Below are positions 56,218 to 64,000 of a stretch of DNA of 64,000 bases, one piece after another. The notes under the pieces are model-generated. The model was not told where the DNA came from. It saw nothing but the letters and a program-made list of their open reading frames with translations, and made no database searches. This DNA is from Eledone cirrhosa (lineage: Eukaryota). The stretch spans positions 437,224,001-437,288,000 of the forward strand of contig OZ024740.1 of assembly GCA_964016885.1 (NCBI GenBank), given 5' to 3'. How positions within the stretch are numbered: position 1 is the stretch's first letter; every line of letters begins with the position of its first letter. The translations under genes were made by a program, and so were the position numbers.

Positions 56218-56311
<94 letters not shown>

Positions 56312-56438
56312 GTATATATATATAAGTTGTAATAGAATGAAAACGAAATTTCATTTCTCACTCTTAGTACGGCACTTACTTAAATGTAAGTATGTATGTA
56401 TACGTACATACATATATGTATACAGACGTACAGTAGCA

Positions 56439-56526
<88 letters not shown>

Positions 56527-56677
56527 CAGGTACACATACATATATGTACGTATCAGTTTAGCGGACGTTTATTATAACGCCCGCTTTGTCCGTTTGTAAA
56601 CAAACGAACAGCCTGAATTTATGCCGTACGGTGTTAAGGCAACCACGTCACCTTTTTGTTCAACACTGACACAAGAA

Positions 56678-56718
56678 CGATGTACTAGTTTCAAGCTTCT
56701 TAGCTATCATCAGCACCG
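56678..56718 (-). ncRNA. Minimal type-I HHR (canonical)
   Basis: Minus strand: cggtg-CTGATGA-tagct aaga agctt-GAAA-ctag-TA-catcg. Confidence 0.85.
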
Positions 56719-57128
56719 TATACCCTTCTGCCAGATGGTTGAACGTTCGAAAGTATATACTTTCCTTATGAAAATTAACGGCTGAGCAGCCTAATTTGCA
56801 TATCGAGTGAGTTTAGTCGGCCAGGCGCACCGAAAACGATAAGTTGTAATAGAATGAAAACGAAATTTCATTTCTCACTCTTAGTACGGCACTTACTTAA
56901 ATGTAAGTATGTATACGTACATACATATATGTATGCAGACGTACTGTAGCATGCATATATATATATATATATACATACAGGTACACATACATATATGTAC
57001 GTATCAGTTTAGCAGACTTTTATTATAACGCCCGCTTTGTCCGTTTGTAAACAAACGAACAGCCTGAATTTATGCCGCACGGTGTTAAGGCAACCACGTC
57101 ACCTTTTTGTTCAACACTGACACAGGAA

Positions 57129-57169
57129 AGATGTACTAGTTTCAAGCTGCTTAGGTATCATCAGCACCG
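57129..57169 (-). ncRNA. Minimal type-I HHR (copy 2, stem mismatches)
   Basis: Same motif with substitutions in stems I and II. Confidence 0.7.
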
Positions 57170-57406
57170 TATACCCTTCTGCCAGATGGTTGAACGTTCG
57201 AAAGTATATACTTTCCTAATGAAAATTAACGGCTGAGCAGCCTAATTTGCATATCGAGTGAGTTCAGTCGGCCAGGCGCACCGAAAACGATAAGTTGTAA
57301 TAGAATGAAAACGAAATTTCATTTCTCACTCTTAGTACGGCACTTACTTAAATGTAAGTATGTATGTATACGTACATACATATATGTATACAGACGTACA
57401 GTAGCA

Positions 57407-57450
<44 letters not shown>

Positions 57451-57601
57451 CAGGTACACATACATATATGTACGTATCAGTTTAGCGGACGTTTATTATA
57501 ACGCCCGCTGTGTCCGTTTGTAAACAAACGAACAGCCTGAATTTATGCCGTACGGTGTTAAGGCAACCACGTCACCTTTTTGTTCAACACTGACACAGGA
57601 A

Positions 57602-57642
57602 CGATGTACTAGTTTCAAGCTTCTAAGCTATCATCAGCACCG
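57602..57642 (-). ncRNA. Minimal type-I HHR (copy 3)
   Basis: Minus strand: cggtg-CTGATGA-tagct taga agctt-GAAA-ctag-TA-catcg. Confidence 0.85.
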
Positions 57643-57785
57643 TATACCCTTCTGCCAGATGGTTGAACGTTCGAAAGTATATATTTTCCTTATGAAAATT
57701 AACGGCTGAGCAGCCTAATTTGCATATCGAGTGAGTTCAGTCGGCCAGGCGCACCGAAAACGAGCCGTTAATTTTCATAAGGAAA

Positions 57786-57826
<41 letters not shown>

Positions 57827-57830
<4 letters not shown>

Positions 57831-57883
57831 AAAGTTCTATTTTGTCTGATGAAGGCATACCTTAATTTAATGTGGTATCCCTG

Positions 57884-57974
<91 letters not shown>

Positions 57975-58055
57975 AAAGTTCTATTTTGTCTGATGAAGGC
58001 ATACCTTAATTTAATGTGGTATCCCTGAAATATGTATAATGAAATATTAATATTG
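57827..58055 (+). ncRNA. Two tandem HHR cores of family L (57839-57892, 57983-58046)
   Basis: attttgt-CTGATGA-aggcatacc...ggtatccct-GAAA-tat(g/a)ta-TA-atgaaat; third copy on the minus strand at ~63110-63174. Confidence 0.75.
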
Positions 58056-58074
58056 TATATATATATATATATAT

Positions 58075-58132
<58 letters not shown>

Positions 58133-58135
<3 letters not shown>

Positions 58136-59420
58136 TAAATAATCGAGAATCAGAATCTCGGCCCACGAAATAACGATAAACAATCTTCGACATGTGTGGC
58201 AGAGGGCTCAATAGTTTGGATAAACCAGAGCTATAACTATCGTTAAAATACCAACACATAGAGACGATGCCTAATATCATTCGCACAACCGAAAAAAACG
58301 ACCAGGAAAATTCGGGTCACTCAAATAATAAATTAATAAATTAATAAATTAAATGAATGTAAAAACTCACCCGGACCCGCTAGAAGGATGTTAAATTCTA
58401 GCTTTTGGGGTTTCTGCAGTTCCTTAATCAATTACTGTCAGCCCACATAAAAAAATATATCTGACTTCTAGTAAAGAGACGACCGAGGAAACTGCTTTCT
58501 CAGCGGATGTTTCGTTCAAAAATACAGGGGGACCCGTTACTGATCGCACGTGTAGTCCAGCAAGAGAGGGAACCCCTATATTTGGCGAAAGAATTCAGTA
58601 AAGTGTAAATTTTGTAAGAATACAAAAAATCACATATCGAATAAGAGTTCTCAACAGACGTGTTAAAATAAACAAGAGCTATTCATCAGTCAATAAGATC
58701 AACTAAAAAAATCAATAAAATTAACTGGTCAATAACTAAAGCCTGGAGATTAATACAAGTAAATAATCGAGAATCAGAATCTCGGCACACGAAATAACGA
58801 TAAACAATCTTCGACATGTGTGGCAGAGGGCTCAATAGTTTGGATAAACCACAGCTATAACTATCGTTAAAATACCAACACATAGAGACGATGCTTAAAA
58901 TCATTCGCACAGCCGAAAAAAACGACCAGGAAAATTCGGGTCACTCAAATAATAAATTACTAAATTAATAAATTAAATGAATGTAAAAACTCACCCGGAC
59001 CCGCTAGAAGGATGTTAAATTCTAGCTTTTTGGGTTTCTGCAGTTCCTTAATCAATTACTGTCAGCCCACATAAAAAAATATATCTGACTTCTAATAAAG
59101 AGACGAACGAGGAAACTGCTTTCTCAGCGGATGTTTCGTTCAAAAATACAGGGGGACCCGTTACTGAACGCACGTGTAGTCCAGCATGGGAGGGAACCCC
59201 TATATTTGTCGTTAGAATTCAGTAAAGTGTAAATTTTGTAAGAATACAAAAAATCACATATCGAATAAGAGTTCTCAACAGACGTGTTAAAATAAACAAG
59301 AGCTATTCATCAGTCAATAAGATCAACTAAAAAATCAATAAAATTAACTGGTCAATAGCTAAAGCCTGGCGATTAATACAAGTATATAATCGAGAATCAG
59401 AATCTCGGCCCACGAAATAT
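58133..59420. repeat. Family M tandem repeat, ~624-bp unit x ~2.1
   Basis: Unit starts at 58133, 58757 and 59380. Confidence 0.85.
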
Positions 59421-59494
59421 TCAAATATATATATGTACAAATATATATATATACAAATATATATATATATACAAATATATATATATATATACAA

Positions 59495-59544
<50 letters not shown>

Positions 59545-59576
59545 CAATTATATATATATATATATACAAATATATA

Positions 59577-63060
<3,484 letters not shown>

Positions 63061-63067
63061 ATATATA

Positions 63068-63245
63068 CGATATTAAATAAATGGAAACTATATTTATAAA
63101 ACCATATTTATTTCATTATATATATTTCAGGGATATCATATTAAAAATATGGTATGCCTTCATCAGACAAAATACAATATAAACAGTCTTATAAATAGAT
63201 AGATTTGACATACCTTACAACTTCAACTTCCATTTAAAAAGTTGA
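63068..63245 (-). mobile_element. Family L fragment with HHR at ~63110-63174
   Basis: Minus strand: attttgt-CTGATGA-aggcatacc..gatatccct-GAAA-tatata-TA-atgaaat. Confidence 0.72.
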
Positions 63246-63732
63246 TTTATACAAATATATATATATATACAAATATATATATATACAAATATATATACAA
63301 ATATATATATATATATATATTAAAAATATATATGTATATATACAAATATATATGTATATATACAAATATATATATATATATACAAATATATATATATATA
63401 TATAAATATATATATATACAAATATATATATATATTTATATATATATATACAGATATATATATATATATACAAATATATATATATACAAATATATATATA
63501 TATATATACAAATATATATATATATATACAAATATATATATATATATATATACAAATATATATATATATATATACAAATATATATATATATATATACAAA
63601 TATATATATATATATATATACAAATATATATATATATATATATATACAAATATATATATATATTTGTATATATATATATATATACAAATATATATATATA
63701 TACACATATATATATATATACACACAAATATA

Positions 63733-64000
63733 ATTAATTGTAAGTTGTGATGTTTCTATTCTGATGTTTCTATTGGAATAGCAACATCACAACGTACAAT
63801 TAAGGACAAAATGAAAACACACACAAACATAGAACAAACAACCAGTAACATGTAAATAAACAAATAAATAAACAAATATAAACACACACAGACACCCTGA
63901 TGTAACACATGCGCAAACTAAGCACTCAACACGCACAAAAACAAGATGGCGTAGGACAGAACAAAGGAGAGGCACAAAAACAAAGAAAAGAATCCCCAGT
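63733..64000 (+). mobile_element. Family I-related PLE 3' fragment with a short 5' inversion, running off the window just before the HHR
   Basis: Similar to 33062-33296; 63737-63765 is the inverse of 63775-63801. Confidence 0.7.

Larger units (their letters stand above)
56323..57790 (-). mobile_element. Retrozyme-like head-to-tail array (3 units, ~450-520 bp, one HHR each), family K
   Basis: Units start at 56323, 56841 and 57292; HHRs at 56678-56718, 57129-57169 and 57602-57642; short inversion at 57762-57790. Confidence 0.82.

Noticed and set aside
56323-59420. Tandem repeats as a CRISPR array
   Set aside because: Units are 450-620 bp with no unique spacers, there are no cas genes, and the context is eukaryotic.

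Overview
AT-rich eukaryotic (animal) DNA. A cephalopod/Octopus-like origin is inferred from the SINE and RTE repeat motifs and is not proven. No host gene is recognisable; nearly all IYIY/CVCV ORFs are translated (TA)n/(TG)n microsatellite. The window is a dense nest of retroelements, most of them bordered by (TA)n tracts. It holds about 10 Penelope-like element (PLE) copies or fragments (RT plus C-terminal GIY-YIG; at least three protein types), one Gypsy/Ty3 LTR element with both LTRs, two CR1-type LINEs, two RTE-type LINEs and a tRNA-derived SINE. The main hidden structure is a set of minimal type-I hammerhead ribozyme (HHR) motifs from about 15 sequence families, read by eye from their stems and cores. 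They include canonical CUGANGA cores and variant cores (UUGAAAA/UUGAUAA with a compensatory U3-A8 pair, CCGANGA, CAGAAGA). They sit at PLE 3' ends, in short non-coding fold-back (palindromic) elements that recur with identical centres, and in a head-to-tail retrozyme-like array carrying an octamer motif. Coordinates were counted by hand and may be off by a few bases. Ribozyme activity is predicted, not demonstrated.
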